DNA of 64,000 nt from positions 34,745 to 98,744 of the forward strand of contig NZ_JALCUA010000002.1 of NCBI RefSeq assembly GCF_022655035.1, written 5' to 3'. Below, piece by piece: positions 53,561-63,661 of this stretch. The notes beneath the pieces are model-generated. The model searched no databases, was not told the DNA's origin, and saw nothing but the letters and a program-made list of their open reading frames with translations. The DNA is from Bifidobacterium tibiigranuli. Lineage in GTDB: Bacteria; Actinomycetota; Actinomycetes; Actinomycetales; Bifidobacteriaceae. A program made the position numbers and the translations under genes. The number at the start of each line of letters is the position of its first letter. The first letter of the stretch is position 1.

Positions 53561-53630
53561 CCCATCAACCTCCCCAAACCTTCTGCAACCTCCTCAAACC
53601 TCCCCAAACCTCCACGAAACACCGCAGAAC
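53561..53630. repeat. Degenerate 10-bp tandem repeat (TCCCCAAACC-like, about 7 units)
   Basis: cccatcaacc tccccaaacc ttctgcaacc tcctcaaacc tccccaaacc tccacgaaac accgcagaac. Confidence 0.7.
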
Positions 53631-53753
53631 CCATGCAATTAACTCGGTATATGGACTCTCGAAACCCTCTTGACATTGCCGAGCGGTATTCTATCCAAGC
53701 ACTGGCAAAGAACCGCGGGTAGCACCCCGCCAAAAACGATGAAGGTGGTTTCG

Positions 53754-56700
53754 GTGACTTTCCACGCTCCGCTTGATCTAACGGTCCATGAAGCACAGGG
53801 CATGTATGACCCTTCGCAGGAACACGACGCATGTGGCGTGGGTATGGTCGCCACGTTGAACCGCCGCGCTGAGCGCAGAATCGTCGATAAGGCCATCGAG
53901 GTCCTCGTCAACCTCGACCATCGTGGCGCAGTCGGCGCCGAAGAGAACACCGGCGATGGCGCTGGCATTCTCATATCGATGCCGGACGAGTTCATGCGTG
54001 CTGTCATCGACGTGGAGCTTCCGCCCGAGGGCCATTACGCTGCTGGCATTGCGTTCCTCGACCGCGATATCGCAGGTTCCGGCAGGCAGGAGCAGGCCAT
54101 CGCGCAGATCGCCAAGGAAGAGGGCCTTGAGGTTCTCGCCTGGCGCGTGGTCCCTACGAACCCTGACGGACTGGGCCTGCAGGCGCTCGCATCCATGCCC
54201 TCGTTCAAGACGCTGGTCGTGGCGGACGCAAATGGTGCCGTAGGCGCAGGCACGGGCGACTTGGCTCTGGACCGCAAGACCTTCCGACTGCGCAAGCGCG
54301 TCGAGCATGAGGTCGGCGTCTACTTCGCCTCGCTCTCCGCGCGCACCATCACTTACAAGGGCATGCTCACCACGATGCAGCTCACCTCTTTCTTCCCCGA
54401 TCTCACCGACGATCGCATGAAGGCCACCATCGCCATCGTACACTCGCGCTTCTCGACCAACACCTTCCCGAGCTGGCCGCTGGCGCAGCCCTTCCGCCTC
54501 ATCGCGCACAACGGCGAAATCAACACCATCCAGGGCAATCGCAACTGGCTTTCGGCCCGTGAAGGCCGGCTCAGCTCCACACTGCTCGGCGAATTCAAGC
54601 CGCTGCTGCCCGTCGGCACTCCGGGGGCTTCGGATTCGGGCACCTTCGACGAATGCCTTGAGCTGCTGCACCTCTCCGGCCGCAGCATCACGCACGCCAT
54701 TTCGATGATGCTGCCGCCCGCCTGGGAGAAGGACGAGTCGCTCGACCCCGATATCCGCGCGTTCTACGAGTACAACAACACGCTTATCGAGCCGTGGGAC
54801 GGCCCGGCGAACATCGTCTTCACCGACGGCACGCTGGTCGGCGCGCAGCTGGACCGCAACGGCTTCAGGCCGGGGCGCTGGCAGCTCAACGACGACAACA
54901 CGGTCGTGCTCGCCTCGGAGGCCGGCGTGCTGCCCGAGATCGAGCAGGAGCACATCATATCCAAGGGTCGGCTTGAGCCCGGCAAGATGTTCCTCATCGA
55001 CACCGAGCAGGGGCGGCTGGTGCCCGATGAGGAGATCAAGGCGAATCTGGCCGCGCTGCATCCCTACCGCCAGTGGGTGGAGGGCAACAGCGTCGAGATG
55101 AGCCAGCTGCCCGCGCGCGAGCACGTACGGCATTCAGGCCAGTCGGTCCAGCGTCGTCAGCGCGCTTTCGGCTACACGCAAGAAGACCTGAAGATGCTTC
55201 TGATTCCGATGGCGAACAGCGGCAAGGAGCCACTGGGCGCGATGGGCAACGACGCGCCGATGGCGGTGCTCTCCGAACGCAGCCGCATGCTCTTCGACTA
55301 CTTCACGCAGAAGTTCGCCCAGGTCACCAACCCGCCGCTCGACTGGGAGCGCGAGGAGATTGTCACCTGCCTCGAATCAGCCATCGGCCCTGAGCCGAAC
55401 CTGCTTGAGGACTCCGAGCTGCATGCCAAGAAGATCCTCATTCCGCTGCCGATTGTGAATTCCGACGAGATGGCGCAGCTCAAGCGCCTCGACAAGGCGA
55501 AGATCCTCGGCGACTACTACCGCCCGTACATCGTCAAGGGCCTGTATCAGGTGGCCGGAGGCGGCAAGGCGCTTGAAGAGCGGCTTCAGGAGATCTTCGA
55601 CGAGATCGACGAGGCCATCGCCGGCGGCAAGAACTTCATCGTGCTTTCCGACCGCGAGTCGAACCACACCTGGGCGCCGATTCCCTCGCTGCTGCTGACG
55701 AGCGCCGTGCAGCACCATCTGCTGCGCACGCATACCCGCACGCAGATCTCGATGGCCGTCGAGGCCGGCGATGTGCGCGAGATTCACCATGTCGCGCTGC
55801 TGATCGCCTACGGCGCAGCCTGCGTGAACCCCTACCTCGCCTTCGAATCGGTCGAGGATTTAGCTAACACCGGCTACCTGTCCGTTAACGCCGAAACTGC
55901 GGTGAGAAATCTCACCAAGGCGCTGTCGACAGGCGTGCTCAAGATCATGAGCAAGATGGGCGTCTCCACGATCATGAGCTATCGCGGCGCGCAGCTGTTC
56001 GAGGCCGTGGGCCTGAGCCAGAGCGTGATCGACAAATACTTCACTGGCACCACCTCGCGCGTCGGCGGAGCCGGGCTGGACGAGATCGCCGAGGAAGTCG
56101 CTATCCGGCACCGCGTGGCCTACCCGAATCAGTGGACGGCCACGCCGCACCGCAAGCTGCGCACCGGTGGCGACTACAAGTGGCGTCGCACCGGCGAAGA
56201 CCATCTCAACGACCCCGAGTCGATTTTCCTGCTGCAGCAATCGACACAGCGCGCCGACTACGACATGTTCAAGCAGTATTCGGCGCATATCAATGACACG
56301 TCGAACCGGCTCATGACCCTGCGCGGGCTCATGTCCTTCACCGGCGACCGCAAGCCGATCGACATTGATGAGGTCGAGCCGGCCAGCGAAATCGTCAAGC
56401 GCTTCTCCACCGGCGCGATGAGCTATGGCTCGATTTCGCAGGAGGCGCACGAGACGCTGGCCATCGCGATGAACTCGATCGGCGCGCGCTCGAACTCCGG
56501 CGAAGGCGGCGAATCCGACGACCGCATAGCCGACCCGCGCCGCACCAGCCGCATCAAGCAGATCGCCTCGGCCCGCTTCGGCGTGACCAGCGACTACCTC
56601 GTGCATGCCACTGACTTGCAGATCAAGCTCGCCCAGGGCGCCAAGCCCGGCGAGGGCGGCCATCTGCCCGGGGCCAAGGTGCCGCCGTGGATTGCCAAGG

Positions 56701-58337
56701 TGCGCCATGCGACACCCGGCGTCGAGCTGATTTCCCCGCCACCGCATCACGACATCTACTCGATCGAAGACCTGAAGCAGCTTATCAACGATGCCAAGAT
56801 GGCCAATCCCAAGGCGCGCATCCATGTGAAGCTGGTCTCCGAGTTCGGCGTGGGTACCATCGCGGCCGGTGTGGCTAAATGCCATGCGGACGTGGTGCTC
56901 ATCTCCGGCTACGACGGCGGCACCGGCGCAGCTCCGCTCAATGCCATCAAGCATGCGGGCACCCCGTGGGAGATCGGCCTGTCCGAGACCCAGCAGACGC
57001 TGATTCTCAACGGTCTGCGCTCCCGCATTGTCGTGCAGTGCGACGGCGAGCTGAAAACCGGCCGCGACGTGGTGATCGCCGCGCTGCTGGGCGCCGAGGA
57101 ATTCGGCTTCGCCACGTCGGCGCTGATGGTCGAGGGCTGCGTCATGATGCGCGCATGCCATTTGAACACCTGCCCGCAGGGCATCGCCACGCAGGACCCC
57201 GAGCTGCGCGCGCGCTTCACCGGCAAGCCCGAGCATGTCATCAACTTCTTCATGTTCATCGCCCAGGAAGTACGTGAGCTGCTCGCCCAGCTCGGCTTCC
57301 ATACGCTCGAAGAGGCGGTGGGCCATGTCGAATGCCTCGATCAGAACGAGGCCGTGACCCGCTGGAAGGCTGACGGCATCGATCTGTCCAACGTGCTCAT
57401 GCAGCCCGGCCCTACGCCCGGCACGATTCTGCACCAGACCATCGAGCAGAACCACGAGCTTGAGAAGGCTCTTGACAACCGGCTCATCGACCTGGCTCGC
57501 TCGGCGCTCGAGCGCCGGGAACCGGTGCGCATCGAAGTGCCTATCCGCAATGTCAACCGCACGGTGGGCACGATGGTCGGCTACGAGATCACCAACCGGT
57601 ACGGTGCCGAAGGACTGCCCGACGACACCATCGACATGACCTTGCACGGTTCGGGCGGCCAGTCCATCGGCGCGTTCATCCCGCGCGGCGAAACCCTGCG
57701 CGTCTACGGCGAAGTCAACGACTACGCAGGCAAGGGCCTGTCCGGAGGCCGCCTGATCGTGCGCCCCGAGGAAGGCGCGAACTTCGATCCGCATGAGAAT
57801 GTCATCGCGGGCAATGTCGCCGGATTCGGCGCGACCTCGGGCGAAATGTTCATCGCAGGAAGCGCCGGCGAGCGCTTCGGCGTGCGCAACGGCGGAGCCA
57901 CCTTCGTGGTCGAAGGCGTGGGCGACCACGGCTGCGAGTACATGACCGGCGGCACCGTGGCGATTCTCGGGCCCACCGGGCGCAATCTCGGCGCCGGCTT
58001 CTCCGGCGGCGAGGTCTACGTGCTCGATCTGGACATGGGCAAGGTCAATCCGCAAGCCGTGAAAACCGGTGCGCTGCTCTTCCAGCGGCTGGATGATGAG
58101 CAGGAGCGCTTCGTCCACGATCTGGTCAAGCGCCATGCCGAGGAGACCGGATCGCAGTTCGCGGCGGAGCTGCTGGGCGACTGGGAGCGCACCGCCGCCC
58201 GCTTCACCCACGTGGTGCCGAGGCAGTATGTGGCGATGACCGACGCGATGCGCCGGGCCGAGGCACAGCACGTTGATTTCAATGCGCCGGGCGCATGGGA
58301 GCATGTGTACGAGCAAGTCATGGAAGGAGCCCACTGA
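53754..58337 (+). CDS. gltB: Glutamate synthase large subunit
   Basis: HDACGVG, HRGA, HSRFSTNTFPSW.LAQPFR, KFAQVTNPP, QGAKPGEGGHL, CHLNTCPQGIATQ, GXGXG domain. The GTG start is tentative. Confidence 0.97.
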   Translation: MTFHAPLDLTVHEAQGMYDPSQEHDACGVGMVATLNRRAERRIVDKAIEVLVNLDHRGAVGAEENTGDGAGILISMPDEFMRAVIDVELPPEGHYAAGIAFLDRDIAGSGRQEQAIAQIAKEEGLEVLAWRVVPTNPDGLGLQALASMPSFKTLVVADANGAVGAGTGDLALDRKTFRLRKRVEHEVGVYFASLSARTITYKGMLTTMQLTSFFPDLTDDRMKATIAIVHSRFSTNTFPSWPLAQPFRLIAHNGEINTIQGNRNWLSAREGRLSSTLLGEFKPLLPVGTPGASDSGTFDECLELLHLSGRSITHAISMMLPPAWEKDESLDPDIRAFYEYNNTLIEPWDGPANIVFTDGTLVGAQLDRNGFRPGRWQLNDDNTVVLASEAGVLPEIEQEHIISKGRLEPGKMFLIDTEQGRLVPDEEIKANLAALHPYRQWVEGNSVEMSQLPAREHVRHSGQSVQRRQRAFGYTQEDLKMLLIPMANSGKEPLGAMGNDAPMAVLSERSRMLFDYFTQKFAQVTNPPLDWEREEIVTCLESAIGPEPNLLEDSELHAKKILIPLPIVNSDEMAQLKRLDKAKILGDYYRPYIVKGLYQVAGGGKALEERLQEIFDEIDEAIAGGKNFIVLSDRESNHTWAPIPSLLLTSAVQHHLLRTHTRTQISMAVEAGDVREIHHVALLIAYGAACVNPYLAFESVEDLANTGYLSVNAETAVRNLTKALSTGVLKIMSKMGVSTIMSYRGAQLFEAVGLSQSVIDKYFTGTTSRVGGAGLDEIAEEVAIRHRVAYPNQWTATPHRKLRTGGDYKWRRTGEDHLNDPESIFLLQQSTQRADYDMFKQYSAHINDTSNRLMTLRGLMSFTGDRKPIDIDEVEPASEIVKRFSTGAMSYGSISQEAHETLAIAMNSIGARSNSGEGGESDDRIADPRRTSRIKQIASARFGVTSDYLVHATDLQIKLAQGAKPGEGGHLPGAKVPPWIAKVRHATPGVELISPPPHHDIYSIEDLKQLINDAKMANPKARIHVKLVSEFGVGTIAAGVAKCHADVVLISGYDGGTGAAPLNAIKHAGTPWEIGLSETQQTLILNGLRSRIVVQCDGELKTGRDVVIAALLGAEEFGFATSALMVEGCVMMRACHLNTCPQGIATQDPELRARFTGKPEHVINFFMFIAQEVRELLAQLGFHTLEEAVGHVECLDQNEAVTRWKADGIDLSNVLMQPGPTPGTILHQTIEQNHELEKALDNRLIDLARSALERREPVRIEVPIRNVNRTVGTMVGYEITNRYGAEGLPDDTIDMTLHGSGGQSIGAFIPRGETLRVYGEVNDYAGKGLSGGRLIVRPEEGANFDPHENVIAGNVAGFGATSGEMFIAGSAGERFGVRNGGATFVVEGVGDHGCEYMTGGTVAILGPTGRNLGAGFSGGEVYVLDLDMGKVNPQAVKTGALLFQRLDDEQERFVHDLVKRHAEETGSQFAAELLGDWERTAARFTHVVPRQYVAMTDAMRRAEAQHVDFNAPGAWEHVYEQVMEGAH

Positions 58338-58338
58338 T

Positions 58339-59886
58339 ATGAGCGACCCCAGAGGATTCCTCAAAGTCCGCACGCGCCGCGAGATGGCCGAACGGCCTGT
58401 CGAAGAGCGCATCAAGGACTGGTTCGACGTGCATGCCGAGCATGGCGCGCAGCCGTGGACCCGCGAGCAGGCTTCGCGCTGCATGGATTGCGGCACCCCG
58501 TTCTGCATGACCGGCTGCCCGCTGGGCAACGTCATCCCCGAGTTCAACGACCTGGTCAGCCAGGGCAAGTGGGAGGACGCCTACAACCGCCTTTCCATGA
58601 CGAACAACTTCCCCGAGGCGACCGGCCGCGTATGCCCGGCGCCGTGCGAGCACGCCTGCGTGCTGGCGATTCACCAGCCGGCCACGGCCATCAAGAACGA
58701 CGAGGTCACGATTATCGATCAGGCCTTCGCGCTCGGCTATGTCAAGCCGATGCCGCCGCAGCGCCTCACCGACATGACCATCGCTATCGTCGGCTCCGGA
58801 CCTGCCGGCCTGGCCTGCGCCCAGCAGCTGACTCGCGCCGGTCACACCGTCGTCGTGTATGAGCGCGACGACGCGATCGGCGGGCTCATGCGCTACGGCA
58901 TCCCGAATTTCAAGCTCGACAAGCATCTGCTCGACGAACGCATCGCGCAGATGGAGGCTGAGGGAACCCGCTTCATGACCAACATGGAAATCGGCAAGAA
59001 CATCAGCTGGGATGAGCTGCGTTCGCGCTATGACGCCGTCGTGGTAGCCATCGGTTCCGGCGCGCCGCGCGACGTTGCCATTCCCGGGCGCGACCTGGAA
59101 GGCATCCACTTCGCGATGGACTTCCTGCCCGACACGACCCGCCGGCTCTACGGCGTGCAGCCGCACGGCGACATCGACGCCAACGGCAAGCATGTCGTCA
59201 TCATCGGCGGCGGCGACACCGGCTCGGACTGCCTGGGAGCTTCGATTCGCCAGGGCGCGAAGGACGTGACCGTGCTGCAGATCAATCCGCAGGAGCCGCT
59301 TGAGCGCACGGAGAGCCATCCGTGGCCGACCTACGCGCGCACCTATCAGAAGACCACATCGATGCAGGAGGGCGGCGAATACCTCTACAACACCGATTCG
59401 GTGAGCTTCGAAGGCATCGAGGACGATATGGATCGTGTTGCCGTCGACGATACTTCGGTGCCCGCCGGATTCGTGGCGGACGATCAGGGCCATGTCACTG
59501 GGGTCAAGATCATCAGCGTCGAGCTTGACGAGAACGGCAAGCGCGTGCATGTTCCCGGCACAGAGCGCGTGCTCCCCGCTGATTTGGTGCTGATATCCGT
59601 AGGCTTCGCGCACCCGGACACGACCACGCTGCTTGATCAGCTGCCCGTCGAGCTGGATGGACGCGGCAACGTGTCGCGCGACGCCGAATTCTCCACCACG
59701 CAGGACGGCGTCTTCGTGTGCGGCGATGCCGGACGCGGCCAGAGCCTGGTCGTGTGGGCCATCTCCGAGGGTCGCAGCTGCGCCGCATCGGTCGACAAAT
59801 ACCTCACCGGCGTCACCGAACTGCCCTCGCCGATCGCGCCGACCGATCGCCCCATGTCACTGCCGCTCAAGGCATTGGTTCACTAA
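58339..59886 (+). CDS. gltD: Glutamate synthase small subunit
   Basis: RCMDCGTPFC..GCPLGN, GRVCPAPCE, GSGPAGLA, IIGGGDTGSDC, GDAGRGQSLVVWAI.EGR. Confidence 0.96.
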   Translation: MSDPRGFLKVRTRREMAERPVEERIKDWFDVHAEHGAQPWTREQASRCMDCGTPFCMTGCPLGNVIPEFNDLVSQGKWEDAYNRLSMTNNFPEATGRVCPAPCEHACVLAIHQPATAIKNDEVTIIDQAFALGYVKPMPPQRLTDMTIAIVGSGPAGLACAQQLTRAGHTVVVYERDDAIGGLMRYGIPNFKLDKHLLDERIAQMEAEGTRFMTNMEIGKNISWDELRSRYDAVVVAIGSGAPRDVAIPGRDLEGIHFAMDFLPDTTRRLYGVQPHGDIDANGKHVVIIGGGDTGSDCLGASIRQGAKDVTVLQINPQEPLERTESHPWPTYARTYQKTTSMQEGGEYLYNTDSVSFEGIEDDMDRVAVDDTSVPAGFVADDQGHVTGVKIISVELDENGKRVHVPGTERVLPADLVLISVGFAHPDTTTLLDQLPVELDGRGNVSRDAEFSTTQDGVFVCGDAGRGQSLVVWAISEGRSCAASVDKYLTGVTELPSPIAPTDRPMSLPLKALVH

Positions 59887-59909
59887 ACCACCGAGTTACT
59901 TTCGGCGTG

Positions 59910-59947
59910 CGAAAGGGGCGGCAGCTATTAGGCTGCCGCCCCTTTCG
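59910..59947. terminator. Bidirectional terminator between gltD and fdh
   Basis: 16-bp stem CGAAAGGGGCGGCAGC/GCTGCCGCCCCTTTCG. Confidence 0.8.
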
Positions 59948-60021
59948 TGACGTGTTTACCTGTTTGCTTGAGTCAGATACTGTAGGTTTCTAGGCCCCCA
60001 GACTTCCAGATTTCCAGCAGG

Positions 60022-61215
60022 TCAGGCTTTTTCGCCGCTGCCGGGGCTTGCCTGCCCCTTCGTCACCTCGTAGGATTTTGCGCCGGTGCCGGCCAGCGCG
60101 CCGCCCTGCGCGATGATGTACTCGTCGCGAATCGGCTCATCGTCGAGGAAGTCCTCGAGGATTTCACGGGTTCCGGCCGCGTAACGTGCCTGCGCTGACA
60201 AGGTCGTGCCCGAGATGTGCGGCGTCATGCCTTCGTGCGGCATGGTCCGCCACGGATGGTTCTCGGGCGCGGGCTGCGGATACCACACGTCGCCCGCGTA
60301 CCCGGCGAGCTGGCCGGAATTGAGCGCGTCGACAATGGCGTCGCGATCCACAAGCTCGCCGCGGCCGTTGTTGACAATGTAGGAGCCGCGCTTCATCGAC
60401 GCAATCACCGAGGTATTGAACATGTGGCGGGTTGCGGCGTACAACGGCGTTTCCAGGACCGCGATGTCAACGACTTTCGCCAGCTCCTTGACATCCGGGT
60501 AATAAGTGGCACCGAGGCTCTGCTCATAATCGGCAGGCAGCTGGTGACGCTGGGTGTACGCCAGCTTGACGCCGAATGGCTTGAGCCGTTCGAGCACCGC
60601 CTTGCCGATGCGCCCTGCGCCCACGACGCCGACGGTCATGCCTTCCAAGTCGTACGCGCGCGAAACGCAATCGGCGATATTCCAGCCGCCCTTGCGCGCC
60701 CAGTCATGCGACGGCAGGTAGTTGCGCACCAGCGCCAGCACCTGCATGACCGCATGCTCGGCCACGCTGATGCTGTTGCAGTAGGTCACTTCGGCCACGG
60801 TCACGTTATGCTCGTTGGCCGCGTTCAAGTCCACATGGTCGGAGCCGATGCCAGCGGTTATCGCCAGCTTGAGCTTCTTGGCCTTCGCGAAGCGTTCGGC
60901 GGTCAGGTAGGCCGGCCAGAACGGCTGGGAGATGACGACATCGGCGTCGGGCAGCTCCTTATCGAACTGCGAATCCGGCCCTTCCTTGTCGGAGGTGACC
61001 ACGAATTCGACATTGCGGTCCTTGAGGAACTTCGTCAGTCCGAGCGCGCCCGAAACCGAGCCGAGCAGCTCGCCGGGCTTGAAATCAATCGCCTTGGGGG
61101 AGGGCAGCGTCGACCCATCAGGGTACGAGCTGAGCTCTGGAACGGTGTCGCGCGCGTATTTCGGCGGATACCCATCGACGGGGTCCGGATACAGCACACA
61201 TAATACCTTGGTCAT
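60022..61215 (-). CDS. fdh: Metal-independent NAD(P)+-dependent formate dehydrogenase, NADP+-type signature
   Basis: VLYPDP..GYPP.YAR, ELLGSVSG.LGL, ISQPFWPAYL, TAGIGSDHVDL, GAGRIG, DVWYPQPAP..HPWR.MP...MTPHISG; YTQRH at the cofactor-specificity site. Confidence 0.95.
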   Translation of the reverse strand: MTKVLCVLYPDPVDGYPPKYARDTVPELSSYPDGSTLPSPKAIDFKPGELLGSVSGALGLTKFLKDRNVEFVVTSDKEGPDSQFDKELPDADVVISQPFWPAYLTAERFAKAKKLKLAITAGIGSDHVDLNAANEHNVTVAEVTYCNSISVAEHAVMQVLALVRNYLPSHDWARKGGWNIADCVSRAYDLEGMTVGVVGAGRIGKAVLERLKPFGVKLAYTQRHQLPADYEQSLGATYYPDVKELAKVVDIAVLETPLYAATRHMFNTSVIASMKRGSYIVNNGRGELVDRDAIVDALNSGQLAGYAGDVWYPQPAPENHPWRTMPHEGMTPHISGTTLSAQARYAAGTREILEDFLDDEPIRDEYIIAQGGALAGTGAKSYEVTKGQASPGSGEKA

Positions 61216-61591
61216 AATCTATGCTCCTTTGCATATATATGCGGCCATAGCGCGCGTTTGCAAGAGACATAGCCAGACACCATGCAGTCCTGCACAGTGC
61301 ATTTCTCCACACAGTGCAGTCCCACACGCAGTGCATTCGCAACCGCCACAGCCTGAAACGTCGAATTGCTTCGAGCTTCACTTCGGTTATAGCACTTATC
61401 CGTTCACCATAAGCTGACTTGGAAGGAGCGCGAGCTTATGGCGTTTATTGGTTCCGGTTTCCATCATCGCGTGCTGTTTCATCTGCGCTCGTTGTGCTCC
61501 ATGCGACGATGAGTTCAGCGAGCCTCATGCCTGCCTACATGGTTGCGGTACACTGGAACGCGGAAAACCGTTGTTTCATGGAGGAGAAGCT

Positions 61592-62050
61592 ATGCCGAAT
61601 CGCGCCGAACGCCGGGCTCAGGACAAGCGCAGCCGCAGGGGAGTGCCTGCGCAATACGACCAGACGCAGGGGCGTGCGCGGTCGGATATGATCGACGAAT
61701 ATGCCTTGCAGGACAAGTCGCGCCGGCTCGAAGAACATGTCGACGGCGAATGGAAGCCCTCGGCCAGCGTCACCGACACGACCGGCGATAGGCTGGACGA
61801 CATTGAGATGCGCGATCCTGACATCATCAAGCCGCCGCATTCGGTGCGTCAGGCGTTCCGCATCGTCAGCTGGACGCTCATCAGCCTTTCAGTGATTGCA
61901 TTCCTCGTCATCATGTGGCTGCCGAGCCATCCGCTGTGGCTGATCGCCACGATCAGCGCGGTGTTCGTCGTTGCTGTGCTGAGCCTGTTCGTCGTGGCGG
62001 GAGACCCGAAGCACAACCCCAATCTCGACGCGAACGGCACTGCGGTATAG
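61592..62050 (+). CDS. Conserved membrane protein (two C-terminal TM helices)
   Basis: GGAG RBS; charged N-terminus (MPNRAERRAQ...) followed by two hydrophobic helices and 'NPNLD.NGTAV'. Confidence 0.7.
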   Translation: MPNRAERRAQDKRSRRGVPAQYDQTQGRARSDMIDEYALQDKSRRLEEHVDGEWKPSASVTDTTGDRLDDIEMRDPDIIKPPHSVRQAFRIVSWTLISLSVIAFLVIMWLPSHPLWLIATISAVFVVAVLSLFVVAGDPKHNPNLDANGTAV

Positions 62051-62240
62051 CGCGGTATAGCGCCGCATAATGCTACATGCCGTGGGGCATGGCTCACCGC
62101 GCAACTTCAGGTGAAGCGATTCTTTCGTATTTTTCGTCCAAAATTCATGCTGATGTCGGCGCAGTGCCGACATAAGGCATAGACTTGACGGTGTACGCCC
62201 AAGATGTACGCCCAATGAAGCGCGCATAGAAGGAGAAACC

Positions 62241-63476
62241 ATGAAAGTAGACATCCTGACCCGGGAATACCCACCGCATATCTACGGAGGCGCGGGCGTT
62301 CACGTCGATGAGCTGGCAAAGGTGCTGGCGGAACGCATCGACGTGACCGTGCGGGCCTTTGACGGTCCGCGTCCCCCGGCAGACGTCCCGACGATACCCG
62401 GCCAGAATCCGAAAGGTTCGCTGAGCGTCTTCGGCTACGACACGCCGGCCGAGCTGGCGCAGGCCAACGCCGCGCTCAAAACCTTCGGCACCGACCTGCA
62501 GATCGCCAACGATGTCGACGCCGACCTGGTGCATGTGCATACGTGGTACGCCTGCCTCGCCGGGCGCCTGGCGCAGCAGCTGCACGAAGTGCCGATGGTG
62601 ATTACCGCGCACAGCCTCGAACCCTTCCGCCCGTGGAAGAAGGAGCAGCTTGGCGGCGGCTACAACCTGAGCTCCTGGGCCGAACGCGACGCCTACGAGC
62701 ACGCCGAGCGCATCATCGCCGTCTCCGCAGGCATGCGCAACGACATCCTGAGCGCCTACCCGAATGTGGACCCGGACAAGGTCGCCGTGGTTCACAACGG
62801 CATCACGCTCGCTGATTTCGCCACGCCCGCCGATGACGACGAAGGCTGGAAGGTCTTCGAGCGCTACCACATCGACCGCAGCAAGCCCACGCTGCTGTTC
62901 GTCGGCCGCATCACCCGCCAGAAGGGGCTGCCGTACCTGCTGCAGGCGCTGCACCTCATCAACAAGGATATTCAGGTCGTGCTGTGCGCCGGCGCCCCCG
63001 ACACTCCGGAGATCGCCGCCGAGGTAAAGTCGGCCTTCGCCGAGCTCAACGACCAGCGCGGCAACATCATCTGGATCGAGGAGATGCTGCCCAAGCCCGA
63101 GCTCAACGCATTGGAGCATGGCAGCACGGCTTTCGTGTGCCCGAGCATCTACGAGCCGTTGGGCATCGTGAACCTTGAGGCGATGGCCTGCGATCTGCCG
63201 GTCGTCGCCAGCGCCACGGGCGGCATCCCCGAGGTGGTCGAGGATGGCGTGACTGGCCTGCTGGTGCCGCTTGAGCAGCTTCATGACGGCACGGGCACGC
63301 CGACCGACCCGGATACTTTCGTGCACGACATGGCGCACGCCATTGACGAGATCATGGCCGACCCTGAGCGGGCCAAGGCTATGGGTCGCGCCGGCTACGA
63401 GCGCGCGCGCGATAAGTTCAGCTGGGAGTCCATCGCCGAGCGCACGATCGACGTGTATCGCGACGCGCTTCGGTAG
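62241..63476 (+). CDS. glgA: Actinobacterial glycogen synthase / maltose-1-phosphate synthase (GlgA/GlgM, GT4)
   Basis: [68 protein letters not shown]. Confidence 0.93.
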   Translation: MKVDILTREYPPHIYGGAGVHVDELAKVLAERIDVTVRAFDGPRPPADVPTIPGQNPKGSLSVFGYDTPAELAQANAALKTFGTDLQIANDVDADLVHVHTWYACLAGRLAQQLHEVPMVITAHSLEPFRPWKKEQLGGGYNLSSWAERDAYEHAERIIAVSAGMRNDILSAYPNVDPDKVAVVHNGITLADFATPADDDEGWKVFERYHIDRSKPTLLFVGRITRQKGLPYLLQALHLINKDIQVVLCAGAPDTPEIAAEVKSAFAELNDQRGNIIWIEEMLPKPELNALEHGSTAFVCPSIYEPLGIVNLEAMACDLPVVASATGGIPEVVEDGVTGLLVPLEQLHDGTGTPTDPDTFVHDMAHAIDEIMADPERAKAMGRAGYERARDKFSWESIAERTIDVYRDALR

Positions 63477-63565
63477 GGTTCGCTGGAAAGGCCGCATAGC
63501 GCGGCAGCTGCCATCACGGTATCGATAGGGTAGTGACGATATCGTAGAGACGCAGTAGACGTAAT

Positions 63566-63600
63566 GGTGCGATGAGTCGTTGCTGGCTCATCGCACCTTT
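63566..63600 (+). terminator. Terminator after glgA
   Basis: GGTGCGATGAG/CTCATCGCACC stem followed by TTT. Confidence 0.65.
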
Positions 63601-63661
63601 GCATGATGTGAACAATGCATACATGGTGTGAACAGTGCAAGATTCAGGAGGAGGCACGCAT

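Noticed and set aside
55860-58568. 902-aa minus-strand ORF, and similar long antisense ORFs (5310-7391, 7691-9364, 20224-21459, 34258-35898)
   Set aside because: Shadow frames opposite well-supported genes (gltB, alaS, mltG, pyrG, CBS protein); expected in high-GC DNA and without recognisable motifs.
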